The notes beneath the pieces were generated by a model, which was not told the DNA's origin, searched no databases, and saw only the letters and a list, made by a program, of their open reading frames with translations. The position numbers were made by a program, and so were the translations under genes. Shown here in pieces: positions 17,047 to 28,225 of a DNA stretch of 64,000 nt. Position 1 is the first letter of the stretch. Every line of letters begins with the position of its first letter. The stretch comes from a virus: the IMG/VR virus record IMGVR_UViG_3300050132_000248, positions 32,001 through 96,000 of that record. One strand, given 5' to 3'.

Positions 17047-19067
17047 TGGAAATAAAAACTACCGAGTTCTTTAGAAATATGAAATCTCTTCCTCCTGAGG
17101 GATCTGATGAATTCAAACAATTAGTTGATTGGGAAATACAAAAGATAACAGGAGGAATTACCATCAATGGAGTGTTTATTTCCGGGTGGTTATATTGGCA
17201 CATTAATCATTGGTGGATAAGAGTGGATGATTTGGATGAATACAAGAACATCATACGAAAGCCACAACTAGCTGAACTACGTGATAATGAATGGATAAGA
17301 GCTGAATATCTTGAGAGGTGCAAAGCTGAGAAGAAAGGATATATGGAAGTGGGAGCAAGGCAGACAGGAAAAAGTGAGATGGAAGCCTCTTATTTTGGAA
17401 TGAATAGTATAGTGTTTGAAAATACTCAAAATCTAATTGTCTGTGGAAATGATGATGACTTATCTCTCTTAAAGGATAAGGTAGACTTTGGTCTCAAGAG
17501 ATTGTGGAATGGAATATCAATTCCTCGTCTTGATAAAACATGGAGACTTAATCAAATTCGTCTTGGTTATAAAGACACAGCTGGAGAGGATCATGTATGG
17601 AGCTACATTATTATTCGTAATGCTCAGGAAGGACGTAAAACAGAAGCAGGAGCAGGAACTACAGCCAAGACAGTAATATTTGACGAGGTGGGTAAATATT
17701 TATTTGCAAGTTCATTTGCAGCAGTTGAACCAGCTATAAAGAGTCAATTTGGTTGGAGAACAGTTCCTATTCTTGTTGCTACAGGAGGATCATTTGAGAA
17801 TGGAAGAGATGCTGAAAACTTTTATTACAATCCTGATTCTAATAACTTTCTGAGTGTTGAGAATATTGAGAAACATCAAAAGACAACTATCTTTCTCTCT
17901 GGACTTTATAGACTTGATTGTAAGGAGAAGATGCCTCTTGGTGAATGGTTAAGATCAAGGGGAATACAAATTGAAGATATAAATGAACTAAATAAAATTA
18001 CAATAGCTGTATCTAATAAAGAGAAAGCAAATGCACTTATTGAGGATGAACGTGAGAAAGCAAAACATAATCCAGACAGGACAATATTCCTTAAAAAGAA
18101 AATGTATTATCCTCTTAGTGAGGATGAATGTTTCTTAAGAGAGACACAGAATATATTTGATATTGAAGCAGCTAAGAGACAGAAGTTTAGATTGATAGAG
18201 CAAGGAAGAACAGGAACACCTGTAATATTGTTTCATGATGGAGAAAAAATTAAGCATGAATTTAGTGATAAACAAGCAATTACAAACTTTCCGTTAAGAC
18301 CAAATGATTCAAAAGATGCTCCTGTAATCATATATGAGTTTCCAATAGAAAATCCTCCATATGGATTGTATGTTGCTGGTGTTGACCCATATAGGCAAGG
18401 ACAAGCAGCATATAGTTCTTCTCTTGGATCTATTTATATATACAAGAGGATGCATTCTATTAATGATGAGAAGTTTCAGAATATGTTTGTGGCTTCTTAT
18501 TGTGCAAGACCTGATAAAAAAGAAACATGGGAAGAGCAGGCAAGACTGTTAATTAAATACTATAATGCCAGAACATTATGTGAGAATGATGACATCTCTT
18601 TTATAGAATATATGAAAGCAAAAGGAGATGCTCGCTTTTTGGAAAAACAACCAGAGTGGCTGAAAGAAATAGTTCCTAATAGTACAGTACATCGTGATTA
18701 TGGTGTACACAGAAGTGCACAGAAGATAATAGACTTTCTTCATAATGGATTTAAGGCATATATGGAGGAAGTAGTTTATAGTGAAAAGGACGATAAAGGA
18801 GTTATAATAAAAGAAGTGTATGGAGTTTCTACAATATTTGATCCTGTTCTTCTTGAAGAGGTGATACAATATAATGATGATGGAAATTTTGATAGAATAA
18901 TTGCAGCAGAACTTGCTGTAGCTCAAGCAGTGAAGATGGATCCAATAATAGGAAGAGTGGGAGGAAGTGGTGATCCGAGAATTAACTCAATGAAAAGAAA
19001 TGTATTAAATCCTCTGTTTCTTCCAGCAAGAGTGATGAAGGGTAAACAAAGAAAACTATTTACTTAA
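17046..19067 (+). CDS. terL: terminase large subunit (673 aa)
   Basis: Walker A-like GARQTGKS, Walker B VIFDEVG, coupling motif ATGG, nuclease VAGVDPY and DRIIA; upstream of portal. Confidence 0.92.
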   Translation: MEIKTTEFFRNMKSLPPEGSDEFKQLVDWEIQKITGGITINGVFISGWLYWHINHWWIRVDDLDEYKNIIRKPQLAELRDNEWIRAEYLERCKAEKKGYMEVGARQTGKSEMEASYFGMNSIVFENTQNLIVCGNDDDLSLLKDKVDFGLKRLWNGISIPRLDKTWRLNQIRLGYKDTAGEDHVWSYIIIRNAQEGRKTEAGAGTTAKTVIFDEVGKYLFASSFAAVEPAIKSQFGWRTVPILVATGGSFENGRDAENFYYNPDSNNFLSVENIEKHQKTTIFLSGLYRLDCKEKMPLGEWLRSRGIQIEDINELNKITIAVSNKEKANALIEDEREKAKHNPDRTIFLKKKMYYPLSEDECFLRETQNIFDIEAAKRQKFRLIEQGRTGTPVILFHDGEKIKHEFSDKQAITNFPLRPNDSKDAPVIIYEFPIENPPYGLYVAGVDPYRQGQAAYSSSLGSIYIYKRMHSINDEKFQNMFVASYCARPDKKETWEEQARLLIKYYNARTLCENDDISFIEYMKAKGDARFLEKQPEWLKEIVPNSTVHRDYGVHRSAQKIIDFLHNGFKAYMEEVVYSEKDDKGVIIKEVYGVSTIFDPVLLEEVIQYNDDGNFDRIIAAELAVAQAVKMDPIIGRVGGSGDPRINSMKRNVLNPLFLPARVMKGKQRKLFT

Positions 19068-19078
19068 TAATCAATAAC

Positions 19079-21664
19079 ATGGCAATAATTCGTTATACTA
19101 AGGATGCTACAATTAGGTATGCTTATTTGAATATCTTCCCTGATCAGTTTAAAACAGAGAAAGAGAAGCAGGATGAAAGCTGGGTGAAGAATACCATGGA
19201 CTATTTTGCTAACAAAGCTTATGCAGAATATACAAAGAATAGAGATCCTAAGAGTGGCTTTGTAAAAAATTATGATTTGGTAAAAGGAATTCTTCATGCT
19301 GAAGATTTTTATCAGGAACCTGAGGTGAAATCTTTTGTAGAAATTCTTGAAAAGAATTTAGAGCTTCCTGCGTATGTAAAACATTATTCTATCATGAGTA
19401 CTCCTCTTAATGAACTAATAGGAGAAATAAGCAAGAGACCAGATACTTATAGAATAAAAGCTTTTGATGATGATAGTAGATCAGAAGAACTACAGGCTAA
19501 AACAGATTTGCTTCAGGCATATGTTGTAAATGAAGCAAAGAATCAAATTCTTTTGAAAGCTGCAAAACAGGGACAGAAAATTCCTGATGATCAATTACAA
19601 CAAATGGCTTTTGCAGATGTTAAAGATCAAATAGATACATATACATCAGTGGCTGAGAAATGGGGAAATCATATTCTCACTTCCTGTAAAGCCGAGTTTA
19701 ATACTAAGGAAAAAAGTGAGGACACATTCAGAGATCTTAATATTGCATCCCGGGAGTTCTTTCATATATATGAAGACAATTCAAAAACTGGATTTAATAT
19801 AAATGTGGAGAATCCAAAGAATGTTTGGTTCCTCACCACTCCAGATAGAAAGTATATAAGTGATCCTTCAGGAAGAGCACAGGGAGCATATGCTGCAGGA
19901 ACTGTTAAGGTGATGGAACTTTCAGAAATTATAGAAACCTATCCTGATTTAACTAAGGATGAGATAGATCACTTGAGGAGTAGTCTTCAGGACTATGGAC
20001 TTATCAATGTAAGAGAATCCAATTTAGGAAATTCTAATGTAACTCCTGGAACTGACAGTGTTGAATATGATACATATGATCCTCTGGTTTTACAAACCAG
20101 GATGATGATTGAGTCTGAAATGAAAGAGAATTCTGATACATTAAAAGATTTCTTAGGACTGACATCAAATGTTTCCTCCTTTGGATATAAATATGTGGTT
20201 GTCCATGGATATTGGATTTCCAAAAGAAAGGTGGGGAAGGTAATATATAAGGATGAATTTGAGAATGAGCAATCACAACTTGTTGATGAATCATATAAGA
20301 AAGGAATGATACCCACAGAAATAAGTCTTGAATGGGGATGGATAAATCAATGGTATTATGGAGATAAGATTGGTCCAGATGTTTATCATGTAAAACCTTT
20401 TAAACTATTAAGTTATTGTCCTATCATAGGAACTGTGTATGAAATAAAAAATACTGAAGCTCGTTCTACAGTAGATTTAATGAAACCTTTTCAAGTGATA
20501 TACAATGTATGTATGAATCAACTCTTTAAACTCCTTGAGAAGGAAATAGGAAAGGTGTATTTAACATCTATAAGACATATTCCTATTCCTAAAGATGGTG
20601 ATGCCCAAGATGCTTTAGATGTATGGGAAATGGAAGCAAGGAATAGGGGAGTGGTATTTATTGATGACTCCCCGGAAAATTTAAAGAGTCCAAGTGGGTT
20701 TAATCAATTTCGTGATATTGATTTAACAAGAACAGCAGAAATCCAATCTCGATACACTCTTGCACAACAGATGAAGAATGAATGTTGGGAACTTATAGGT
20801 CTCTCTAAACAGCGTTTAGGTAGTGTATCAGCAAGTGAATCTGCTACAGGTACTAATACAGCAGTGCAACAGAGTTATTCACAGACAGAGCCCTTGTTCG
20901 TTGCACATGAATATATCCTTGGTCAGCTGTATCAAGCAATCATTGATGCTGCTCAATATGTGGAAAGTTCAAAACCCTCTTCCACTATTTCTTATATAAC
21001 AGATGAAGGAGAGAATGCTTTTATTAGTGTCAATGGAACAGATTTAAAATTCCGTGACTTAAAGGTGTTTCCAACCAATCGTCCTGAGGATACTCAGATG
21101 TTTAATGAAATCAGACAGTTGTCTCAAGCTGTTCTTCAGAATGGTGGAACTATTTATGATGTAATAGAACTCTATTCTACGAATTCATTGAGAGCAATGA
21201 AGAAGACATTTAAAGATTTGCAGGATAGGACAATACAACAGCAACAGACAGCACAACAGCAACAACAGCAACAAATTGATCAACAACAGAAACAATCTGA
21301 AGCACAATTGCAGCAACAACAACAACAGGCAGAAGAACAGATGCAGAATGACAATGCTCAGAAAGAACTTGATAGAATTAATAAGAAAGAGATTGCAATC
21401 ATTATGGCAACCAAAGATACTGGTGGACCAGAAGAAGGTGACACAGGTCCTAATGCTGCTGAAATGGGAAAACTTGAGAATGAAAGAGTTAGAGTGACAA
21501 AGGATAACCTTACCAAATTAGCAGAGTTGACAAATAAAGCAAAAGCAGATAATCAGAAGAATGATATTGAAAAGGAAAAGCTTAAAGTGGAAAGAGAAAA
21601 GATAAAAGCAGATATTTCTGTAGCAAAACTCAATGCTAGGAATAGAGGAGGTAAAAAGAACTAA
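19079..21664 (+). CDS. portal protein (861 aa), crAss-like, with Gln-rich C-terminal coil
   Basis: Position after terL, size, SASESATGT segment, helical C-terminus. Confidence 0.8.
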   Translation: MAIIRYTKDATIRYAYLNIFPDQFKTEKEKQDESWVKNTMDYFANKAYAEYTKNRDPKSGFVKNYDLVKGILHAEDFYQEPEVKSFVEILEKNLELPAYVKHYSIMSTPLNELIGEISKRPDTYRIKAFDDDSRSEELQAKTDLLQAYVVNEAKNQILLKAAKQGQKIPDDQLQQMAFADVKDQIDTYTSVAEKWGNHILTSCKAEFNTKEKSEDTFRDLNIASREFFHIYEDNSKTGFNINVENPKNVWFLTTPDRKYISDPSGRAQGAYAAGTVKVMELSEIIETYPDLTKDEIDHLRSSLQDYGLINVRESNLGNSNVTPGTDSVEYDTYDPLVLQTRMMIESEMKENSDTLKDFLGLTSNVSSFGYKYVVVHGYWISKRKVGKVIYKDEFENEQSQLVDESYKKGMIPTEISLEWGWINQWYYGDKIGPDVYHVKPFKLLSYCPIIGTVYEIKNTEARSTVDLMKPFQVIYNVCMNQLFKLLEKEIGKVYLTSIRHIPIPKDGDAQDALDVWEMEARNRGVVFIDDSPENLKSPSGFNQFRDIDLTRTAEIQSRYTLAQQMKNECWELIGLSKQRLGSVSASESATGTNTAVQQSYSQTEPLFVAHEYILGQLYQAIIDAAQYVESSKPSSTISYITDEGENAFISVNGTDLKFRDLKVFPTNRPEDTQMFNEIRQLSQAVLQNGGTIYDVIELYSTNSLRAMKKTFKDLQDRTIQQQQTAQQQQQQQIDQQQKQSEAQLQQQQQQAEEQMQNDNAQKELDRINKKEIAIIMATKDTGGPEEGDTGPNAAEMGKLENERVRVTKDNLTKLAELTNKAKADNQKNDIEKEKLKVEREKIKADISVAKLNARNRGGKKN

Positions 21665-21730
21665 TGCTATATTACCCAAAAAAGTAATATCATTCTTCAT
21701 CAAAAATGTTTTTTTTAATTAAATTTATTA

Positions 21731-21738
21731 TAATTTTA
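21731..21738 (+). promoter_or_regulatory. possible -7 promoter element TAATTTTA for the scaffold/capsid genes
   Basis: One-mismatch TAnnTTTG in the intergenic gap, about 30 nt before ATG 21767. Confidence 0.35.
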
Positions 21739-21766
21739 CATCACAATTTGATTTAAACAACTACAT

Positions 21767-23026
21767 ATGGCTGAGAAACAAAATGATAGTCCTTCCTTTA
21801 GTATTGAGGAAACGATGACTGCAGGTGCCGGTGATCAACAACTCTTTAATGATTTGATATCACCTGAAACAGTATCTGGAAATGCAGATGATCTTAAACC
21901 TGTTGAAGAAAAAAAGAAAGAGGAAATTCCTGAAAAGAAAAACATTGAGAAGAAAACTCCTGAGAAAAAACTTCCTGAGAAGAAAGAAGAAATAATTCCA
22001 GAAACAGAGGAAGACGAGACTAAGAAAGGTCAGAATGCAATTTCTAGTTTTCTTGAGAAAGAAGGAGATGAAGAAGAGGAAGAGGAAGAAGTAATTCCAG
22101 AGAAGAAAGAAAAAATAGAAGGAGAAGAAGAACCAGAACCTTCTAAATTTAATGCTCTTGCAAAAGACCTTTTCAAACTTGGAGTATTTACAAAGGAAGA
22201 TGATGATGATGAACCAGTTATTTCAACTCCTGAAGAATTCCTTGAGAGATTTCAGAATGAAGGAAAGAAAAGAGCAACAGAAGCTTTACAAACCTTTATA
22301 GGAAAATTTGGTGATGACTATCAGAATGCATTTGATGCCATATTTGTAAAGGGAGCAGATCCTAAAGAATATTTTGCAGCATATAATGCTGCTGTGGATT
22401 ATGCTCAAATGGACATGACGAAGGAATCAAATCAAGAAGCTGTCATTCGTCAAGCTCTTACAGATCAGGGACTTGATCCTGAGGATGTAAAAACAGAATT
22501 AGAAAGACTAAAGAACTATGGTGATTTAGAAACTGTTGCTGCCAAACATCACAAGGTATTAGTGAAAAAGGAAGCACTTAAACTTCAACAGATAGAACAA
22601 AAGGCTGAAGAAGATTCTAAACAGAAAACAATCATCAAGAATCAATATATAACTAATGTGCAGAATGTTCTGCAAGAAAAAGTAAAAGCAAAGGAGTTTG
22701 ACGGCATACCAATCAACTCTAAATTAGCAAACGAACTACAAGATTTTTTATTGGTGGATAGATGGAAGACTTCTTCCGGGGAAACACTCACTGACTTTGA
22801 TCGTGCTATTTTGGAGTTAAAGCGTCCTGAGAATCACGCAAATAAGGTTAAACTTGGTCTTCTCTTGAAAATCATGGAAAAGGATCCCACACTATCTGTC
22901 ATTCAAAAATCTGGTATTACAAAAAAGACGAATGAGATATTCAGCGAAACTGCCAAACAAGTAACTAAAGGAAAGGCAAATGTAGCTGATGGATCAGTGA
23001 AAAAGAATTCATGGTTTATTCAATAA
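21767..23026 (+). CDS. acidic scaffold-like protein (419 aa)
   Basis: Glu/Lys-rich disordered N-half and helical C-half, between portal and capsid genes. Confidence 0.6.
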   Translation: MAEKQNDSPSFSIEETMTAGAGDQQLFNDLISPETVSGNADDLKPVEEKKKEEIPEKKNIEKKTPEKKLPEKKEEIIPETEEDETKKGQNAISSFLEKEGDEEEEEEEVIPEKKEKIEGEEEPEPSKFNALAKDLFKLGVFTKEDDDDEPVISTPEEFLERFQNEGKKRATEALQTFIGKFGDDYQNAFDAIFVKGADPKEYFAAYNAAVDYAQMDMTKESNQEAVIRQALTDQGLDPEDVKTELERLKNYGDLETVAAKHHKVLVKKEALKLQQIEQKAEEDSKQKTIIKNQYITNVQNVLQEKVKAKEFDGIPINSKLANELQDFLLVDRWKTSSGETLTDFDRAILELKRPENHANKVKLGLLLKIMEKDPTLSVIQKSGITKKTNEIFSETAKQVTKGKANVADGSVKKNSWFIQ

Positions 23027-23055
23027 TTAATTATTAACCTTAACACTTAAATAAA

Positions 23056-24609
23056 ATGGCTATTCAAACAGTTCCCGGGTTAACGGGTTTTGTCTACTCC
23101 CGTGTGGCTTCAATGGACAAACGTGCAGTGGGTAAATTAACAGACGCAAATCACTTGGAATCATTTCACAGTACAGAGCCTGCGGACTATGATAAAAAAA
23201 TCATTAGTCTATATACCCAGAGCTCTTTGTATAGTAATGACTTCCTTGACATGATCAACAAAAGTACTCCCTATTACATCGACAACAATTCTGATGCATG
23301 GAAATGGGATGTACAGGTACCTTACAAATTTCCAAAAATCATCGACATTCCTGCAGCTACATTGAACTTATCAAAGCCGGGGATTGATGGTCAGGAATTT
23401 CAAATTGTTCTAGATACTAATGAGTTCTCCAAGAATGCAATTGTATCTGTGGGTTCTCGTCAGTATGGTCCTCGTTGGTATGTTACCAAAGATCCTATGC
23501 CTTACAATGTTGGATATCTTTACAACTTTACACTTGTAAGTGATAATCCTATAATTGATTACGTCAGTAGTACATTCCTTCAGGTAGGTGTTGAACTTGA
23601 ACTCATTGATGGTGTAATAGGTGAATTTGATCAGGATCTCTTAGGACTTCCTAGGTTGGGTGAAAAAATCACAATGTTTGAATCTCTTGGTTCAGCATAT
23701 GGTTTTGAACACAAAATTACACAATGGGCTGATGAGAAGATGATGAGGGATGCTTCTGGTAAAGCTTTAGACATTCTTGTATATGCTCCTCAGCGTAGGA
23801 ATCAACTTCCTCTTACAAGAAATGATATTAAATGGGAACCCTTTATTGAGTTCTGGATGCGTAAATCAATGCTTGAATTAAAGGTGAAGCGTATGATTTG
23901 GAGTAAGCCAGGAACTGTAAAAACAGGGGGTACCAAACAAGAATTAAAACGTGTATCTGCTGGTGTATACCATAGAATGCGTAACAATGGAAACCTTGTT
24001 CAATACAACAGGGGAGAATTCTCTGCTAATCTAATTCGTTCTGTCTTTGGTGATTTGTTCTATAGAAGGGTCGATGTAAAAGACCGTCATGTGAAAATGT
24101 ATACCAATGAATCAGGATTTGATGTTTTCCAACAGGCTCTTAAGAATGATGCTCTCAATTCTGGATTAACTTTCATGGCAGATTCTGGTAACAGATATTT
24201 GCAGGGTGAAGGTCAGCACATCACTTATAACTTTGCATTTGATGCAATGGTTACAAGGGAAACTGGTAGAGTGGAACTTATTCACTTAAAAGAACTTGAC
24301 CTGCCACAGAGCAATCTTGAATTTGGTCAGAATAAAAAATCTACACCTGTATTCATGGTGTTTGATGTCTCTCCAATGAGTGATGGATCAATGGTAAACA
24401 ATATTCGTGAGGTAAGGATGCAAGGTGCTCCTTCGATGACATGGGGATATATTGATGGTACTGCTCATCACTTAGGCTTTGCAAAGAGTCAGGGTATGAG
24501 CTCTGCAAATAAATTCCCGGGATATGAACTCTGGATGAAAGACCGTTGTGATGTATTTATTGAAGATCTATCTCGTACAGTGTTGATTGAAGAAATTCCA
24601 CAACTCTGA
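23056..24609 (+). CDS. major capsid protein (517 aa), crAss-like HK97 fold
   Basis: Position, size, optimised codon usage, strong terminator immediately downstream. Confidence 0.8.
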   Translation: MAIQTVPGLTGFVYSRVASMDKRAVGKLTDANHLESFHSTEPADYDKKIISLYTQSSLYSNDFLDMINKSTPYYIDNNSDAWKWDVQVPYKFPKIIDIPAATLNLSKPGIDGQEFQIVLDTNEFSKNAIVSVGSRQYGPRWYVTKDPMPYNVGYLYNFTLVSDNPIIDYVSSTFLQVGVELELIDGVIGEFDQDLLGLPRLGEKITMFESLGSAYGFEHKITQWADEKMMRDASGKALDILVYAPQRRNQLPLTRNDIKWEPFIEFWMRKSMLELKVKRMIWSKPGTVKTGGTKQELKRVSAGVYHRMRNNGNLVQYNRGEFSANLIRSVFGDLFYRRVDVKDRHVKMYTNESGFDVFQQALKNDALNSGLTFMADSGNRYLQGEGQHITYNFAFDAMVTRETGRVELIHLKELDLPQSNLEFGQNKKSTPVFMVFDVSPMSDGSMVNNIREVRMQGAPSMTWGYIDGTAHHLGFAKSQGMSSANKFPGYELWMKDRCDVFIEDLSRTVLIEEIPQL

Positions 24610-24620
24610 TAATATTGAGA

Positions 24621-24654
24621 AAGCTCCCTCTTATTGAGGGGGCCTTCTTCTTTT
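24621..24654 (+). terminator. intrinsic terminator after the capsid gene
   Basis: GCTCCCTC-ttatt-GAGGGGGC followed by CTTCTTCTTTT. Confidence 0.75.
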
Positions 24655-24684
24655 GAATTTAATTAATTTAAACTACATATTTAT

Positions 24685-25653
24685 ATGGGAAAAATAGGAA
24701 AGATTTCTACTATTAAGAAGGACTATTCAGTTAGTGGATTAGAAACAATGCAAGGAGGATTATCAAAACATGGACTCACAAGAATTCCGGGTACAGGTGT
24801 TTTTAAATATCCTTATAAGGAAATGGATGGAAAGTATAGAACAGGATTAGACAAAGATGCTTCCTACATTAAAAGGATAAGTGATCCTACAGAACAAGAT
24901 ATTGAACGAAAGAGAGTGGAGGATTTAAAGCAGAAATTAGAGAGTGCTCTTGGGGATGTTAAACTTGGTCCTCGTTCAACTTTCTGGAATTATGCACTTT
25001 CTACATCAACTGACGATACTCTTCATGTTCAACCTATGAAGTTAATAGATGGAGATAACTATTTTGACTTAAATATTCCTAGTCAGGAACTTGCTTTTTC
25101 TTGGTTAAGAGTGCATCCTACAATTGCAAGTTCTTATGGAGCTTGGGAAAGAGGAGACTATCCTGCTGAGACACAGTTTTATGTTGTTGATGATGACATT
25201 GAAAATTTGGTAGTATTTAAAAAGAAGGTGTTAATCAATAAGGCAATCTCAAAGTTTGACAGTATGACTCCTGATAAGAAGAAGAAGGTAGCCAGACTTT
25301 TAGGACTTCCTGTTACTGATAGTACAACAGAAGAATCTGTCTATAATCAGGTGGATAATGTTCTTAAACAAACTGAATTCAAATCTGGAAAATATCAAGG
25401 ATTATCAACAGTTGAGGTATTCAACAGATTTGCAGATATGAAAGAAAACCTACTCCATATAAAAGATGTAATTAAACAAGCCGTTCAATTCTCTATATAT
25501 AGGGTGAAACCTAATGGCAAAATATATGAAGGTGAATTTGAAGTGGCTACAGATGAAGATGAACTTCTAAAATTTCTTGCAGATGATGATCATCAGGAGG
25601 ATTTGATGACATTAGAAGGTAAACTTAAAATGAAGAAAATTGCTTCCGTATGA
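24685..25653 (+). CDS. hypothetical protein of the head module (322 aa)
   Basis: ORF track; synteny with crAss-like head modules (inference). Confidence 0.75.
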   Translation: MGKIGKISTIKKDYSVSGLETMQGGLSKHGLTRIPGTGVFKYPYKEMDGKYRTGLDKDASYIKRISDPTEQDIERKRVEDLKQKLESALGDVKLGPRSTFWNYALSTSTDDTLHVQPMKLIDGDNYFDLNIPSQELAFSWLRVHPTIASSYGAWERGDYPAETQFYVVDDDIENLVVFKKKVLINKAISKFDSMTPDKKKKVARLLGLPVTDSTTEESVYNQVDNVLKQTEFKSGKYQGLSTVEVFNRFADMKENLLHIKDVIKQAVQFSIYRVKPNGKIYEGEFEVATDEDELLKFLADDDHQEDLMTLEGKLKMKKIASV

Positions 25654-26381
25654 TACCTGTAGATAGTTTATTGTATAAAATAGATCAGAAACTAAATAAG
25701 CTATCGACAAACGATCACCAGCGTATTCAATTGGAAGATAAGATATTAGCCTTAAATGAGGCTCAATTAAAACTAATTAAGGAAAAAGTTGATGGTCCTC
25801 CCACTCCTTCAGGAGCAGGAATGGATGCAACAAGAAAGAGATATGAAGATCTTCAGAAACTCATAGAGTATTGGGAAGATCATCCTCTTGATCTAAAACT
25901 CACGAACAAAGAATTAAATAAGTGGACTGCTTCTTTGTCAACTATAAGTCCTGCATATATGCTTTATGTTGATGCATATGTTCTTGCTGATAAAGGAAAA
26001 TGCAAAGACAGGAAAATATGGATAAACAGAGACTTATTGGCTCATGGAGATATTCAGTTTGTATTAAATAATGTTCATTACAAACCATCATTTGAATATC
26101 AGGAGACATGTAGTTATGTAGCTTCAGATCAGATTGACATCTTTACAGATGGTACATTTACACCTACAAAACTATTTCTATCTTATTTACGTTATCCCCT
26201 TTATATAGATAAGGAGGGATATGTAAAATTAAATGGAAAAGATTCTGTCACTCAGGATTGTGAATTAAAGAATTACTTAGAAGATGAACTCGTTGATTTA
26301 GCTGTACAAGATCTTGCTGGCTATACAGAAAATGCAGGTGCAATGAGTACAGCACAAAGTAGAATACAAAAAAATGAATAA
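25650..26381 (+). CDS. putative head-tail ring/adaptor protein (243 aa)
   Basis: Helical N-terminus (ILALNEAQ) and C-terminal ELVDLAV helix as in crAss-like ring proteins; position. Confidence 0.55.
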   Translation: MIPVDSLLYKIDQKLNKLSTNDHQRIQLEDKILALNEAQLKLIKEKVDGPPTPSGAGMDATRKRYEDLQKLIEYWEDHPLDLKLTNKELNKWTASLSTISPAYMLYVDAYVLADKGKCKDRKIWINRDLLAHGDIQFVLNNVHYKPSFEYQETCSYVASDQIDIFTDGTFTPTKLFLSYLRYPLYIDKEGYVKLNGKDSVTQDCELKNYLEDELVDLAVQDLAGYTENAGAMSTAQSRIQKNE

Positions 26382-26411
26382 TTTATTATTAACCCTTAAA
26401 TCTTAAACAAA

Positions 26412-27593
26412 ATGGCTGATTTTTCTTTGACTACCGTCTTTGTAGTACCTGTTGGGAACACTGTTCCAAGCACAGGATCTACACAGAATTTGGCTGCTGG
26501 TCAAGTGGGAATTTTTCTCAATGATTACAGTGCTGCAACTGCCGGAAATGTTGCTGCTGCTCCTTATTTCTACATTGCTCAAGGTAGGACTAACACCTAT
26601 CTGCAAGGTAGTAAACGCTCTGCTAAAATAAAAGGTTGTCCTTCAGGAACTGGCTGCAATAGCAATGTAACTGAATGGTACAAGGTAACAGGATGCCCTA
26701 CACCAGTTAATCAGATAATTGATATTGGTAGTTGGAATGTACAATGTGGTGATATAGTCACATTAACAATTCGTGCTCATTCAAGTTATATTGATACTCT
26801 GTATTTCAATGGTTTAACTCGTAGTGTAACTGTTAATGCTCCTTGTTGTGCATGTGGTGCAGATCCTTGTACTCAAGTTGATTACAATGCTCTTATTAAT
26901 GCATTCATTGTAAAACTGAATGCTACTGCTTCTGATTTCCTATTACCCGGAAGTACAGGAAGTAATCCTGATAATATTTATTTGTCACAATTCTTCACCT
27001 TCACTAATGTTGGTGGAACAGTTTTGGAAATCCAAGGTAAACCTCTTACCAAATATGGTCAGCCTTGTGATGTCTCTGCTTTTCCATTTGAATATGACAG
27101 AATGTGGTTCAGGACATTTGTTTATAGTGGACCTGCTACTACAGCTGACTTTATTGTTAGTGATGCTTGTAACATCGTAGCTACATCTACAACTACACAG
27201 AACTCCAACTTTGCAAAAGGTACTGATGCTGAAATTCAACAGTTGGAAAAGAATTATTACAGTTATCAGGCTGGTTATCTGAAACATATGTATAGGTTGA
27301 TGGGATACAATGGTAACTATGAAGATTGGGTTACTGCTGGAACTATCTATAATACATATTATATCAAATTCAATGGACTTGATAGAAATGAAGAAAATTG
27401 GGGTGACTATATTCCTGAGGATAGTATGGTGATAATTGCTGTTCAGAAGAGTAGTGCTGCAGAGACAGCTATTGTAAATATTCTTACACCTGCTCTTGGT
27501 TCTCCTACTGACGATAGTGGTGCATGTATTACTACAACATCTACTACTACAATTGCTCCAACAACTACTACTACAACCACTGGGATAGGCTAA
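26412..27593 (+). CDS. abundant virion structural protein with Thr-rich C-terminal tail (393 aa)
   Basis: Beta-rich composition, strong terminator downstream, position in the structural module. Confidence 0.6.
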   Translation: MADFSLTTVFVVPVGNTVPSTGSTQNLAAGQVGIFLNDYSAATAGNVAAAPYFYIAQGRTNTYLQGSKRSAKIKGCPSGTGCNSNVTEWYKVTGCPTPVNQIIDIGSWNVQCGDIVTLTIRAHSSYIDTLYFNGLTRSVTVNAPCCACGADPCTQVDYNALINAFIVKLNATASDFLLPGSTGSNPDNIYLSQFFTFTNVGGTVLEIQGKPLTKYGQPCDVSAFPFEYDRMWFRTFVYSGPATTADFIVSDACNIVATSTTTQNSNFAKGTDAEIQQLEKNYYSYQAGYLKHMYRLMGYNGNYEDWVTAGTIYNTYYIKFNGLDRNEENWGDYIPEDSMVIIAVQKSSAAETAIVNILTPALGSPTDDSGACITTTSTTTIAPTTTTTTTGIG

Positions 27594-27610
27594 CTAAATA
27601 ATTAACTTAT

Positions 27611-27662
27611 AAGAACCGTTAAGGGTAAGGGGATTCCCAAATTCCTTAACGGTTCTTTTTTT
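27611..27662 (+). terminator. strong intrinsic terminator
   Basis: 14-bp perfect stem AAGAACCGTTAAGG/CCTTAACGGTTCTT plus T tract. Confidence 0.85.
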
Positions 27663-27675
27663 AAATAAAACAACA

Positions 27676-28224
27676 ATGGCAAACATCATAAATATATTAA
27701 CCATTCCTACTTATGACCTTAATACATTAGCTGTTGTTGACAACTCAGTGTATGATGGCACACCTCCTTCTGTTACATTAACAATAGATGTACCTGGATT
27801 TGGACAAGCTATGGGATTGGCTTTTAATGTTAATTCTGTAAATATTTATAACTCAATAAACTTGGGTATATCTTCAGCACTTGAACCTCTTCCTGATGGT
27901 AATTATTGCATCTCATATATGATAACTGGAAATCCTGTTCCAGCGATAGAGAAGAGAATAATGAGAGTTGATAGGCTTCAGCAAAAATTTGATGAAGCTT
28001 TTCTTACCCTTGATATGATGGAAAATGATAGAGCAATAAAGACGCAATCAAAAATTGATCTTATGAGCATTTATTTCTTCATACAGGGAGCAATTGCTTC
28101 AGCAAATAATTGTGCTGTTGCAGAGGCAACCAAACTTTATATTCAAGCAGACAGGATGTTGAATTCATTTATAGGAAAGAATTGTGGATCTTCAGGAAAC
28201 AATTACATTATAAATTTTTCATAA
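27676..28224 (+). CDS. putative virion structural protein (182 aa)
   Basis: ORF track; tail module context. Confidence 0.7.
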   Translation: MANIINILTIPTYDLNTLAVVDNSVYDGTPPSVTLTIDVPGFGQAMGLAFNVNSVNIYNSINLGISSALEPLPDGNYCISYMITGNPVPAIEKRIMRVDRLQQKFDEAFLTLDMMENDRAIKTQSKIDLMSIYFFIQGAIASANNCAVAEATKLYIQADRMLNSFIGKNCGSSGNNYIINFS

Positions 28225-28225
28225 T

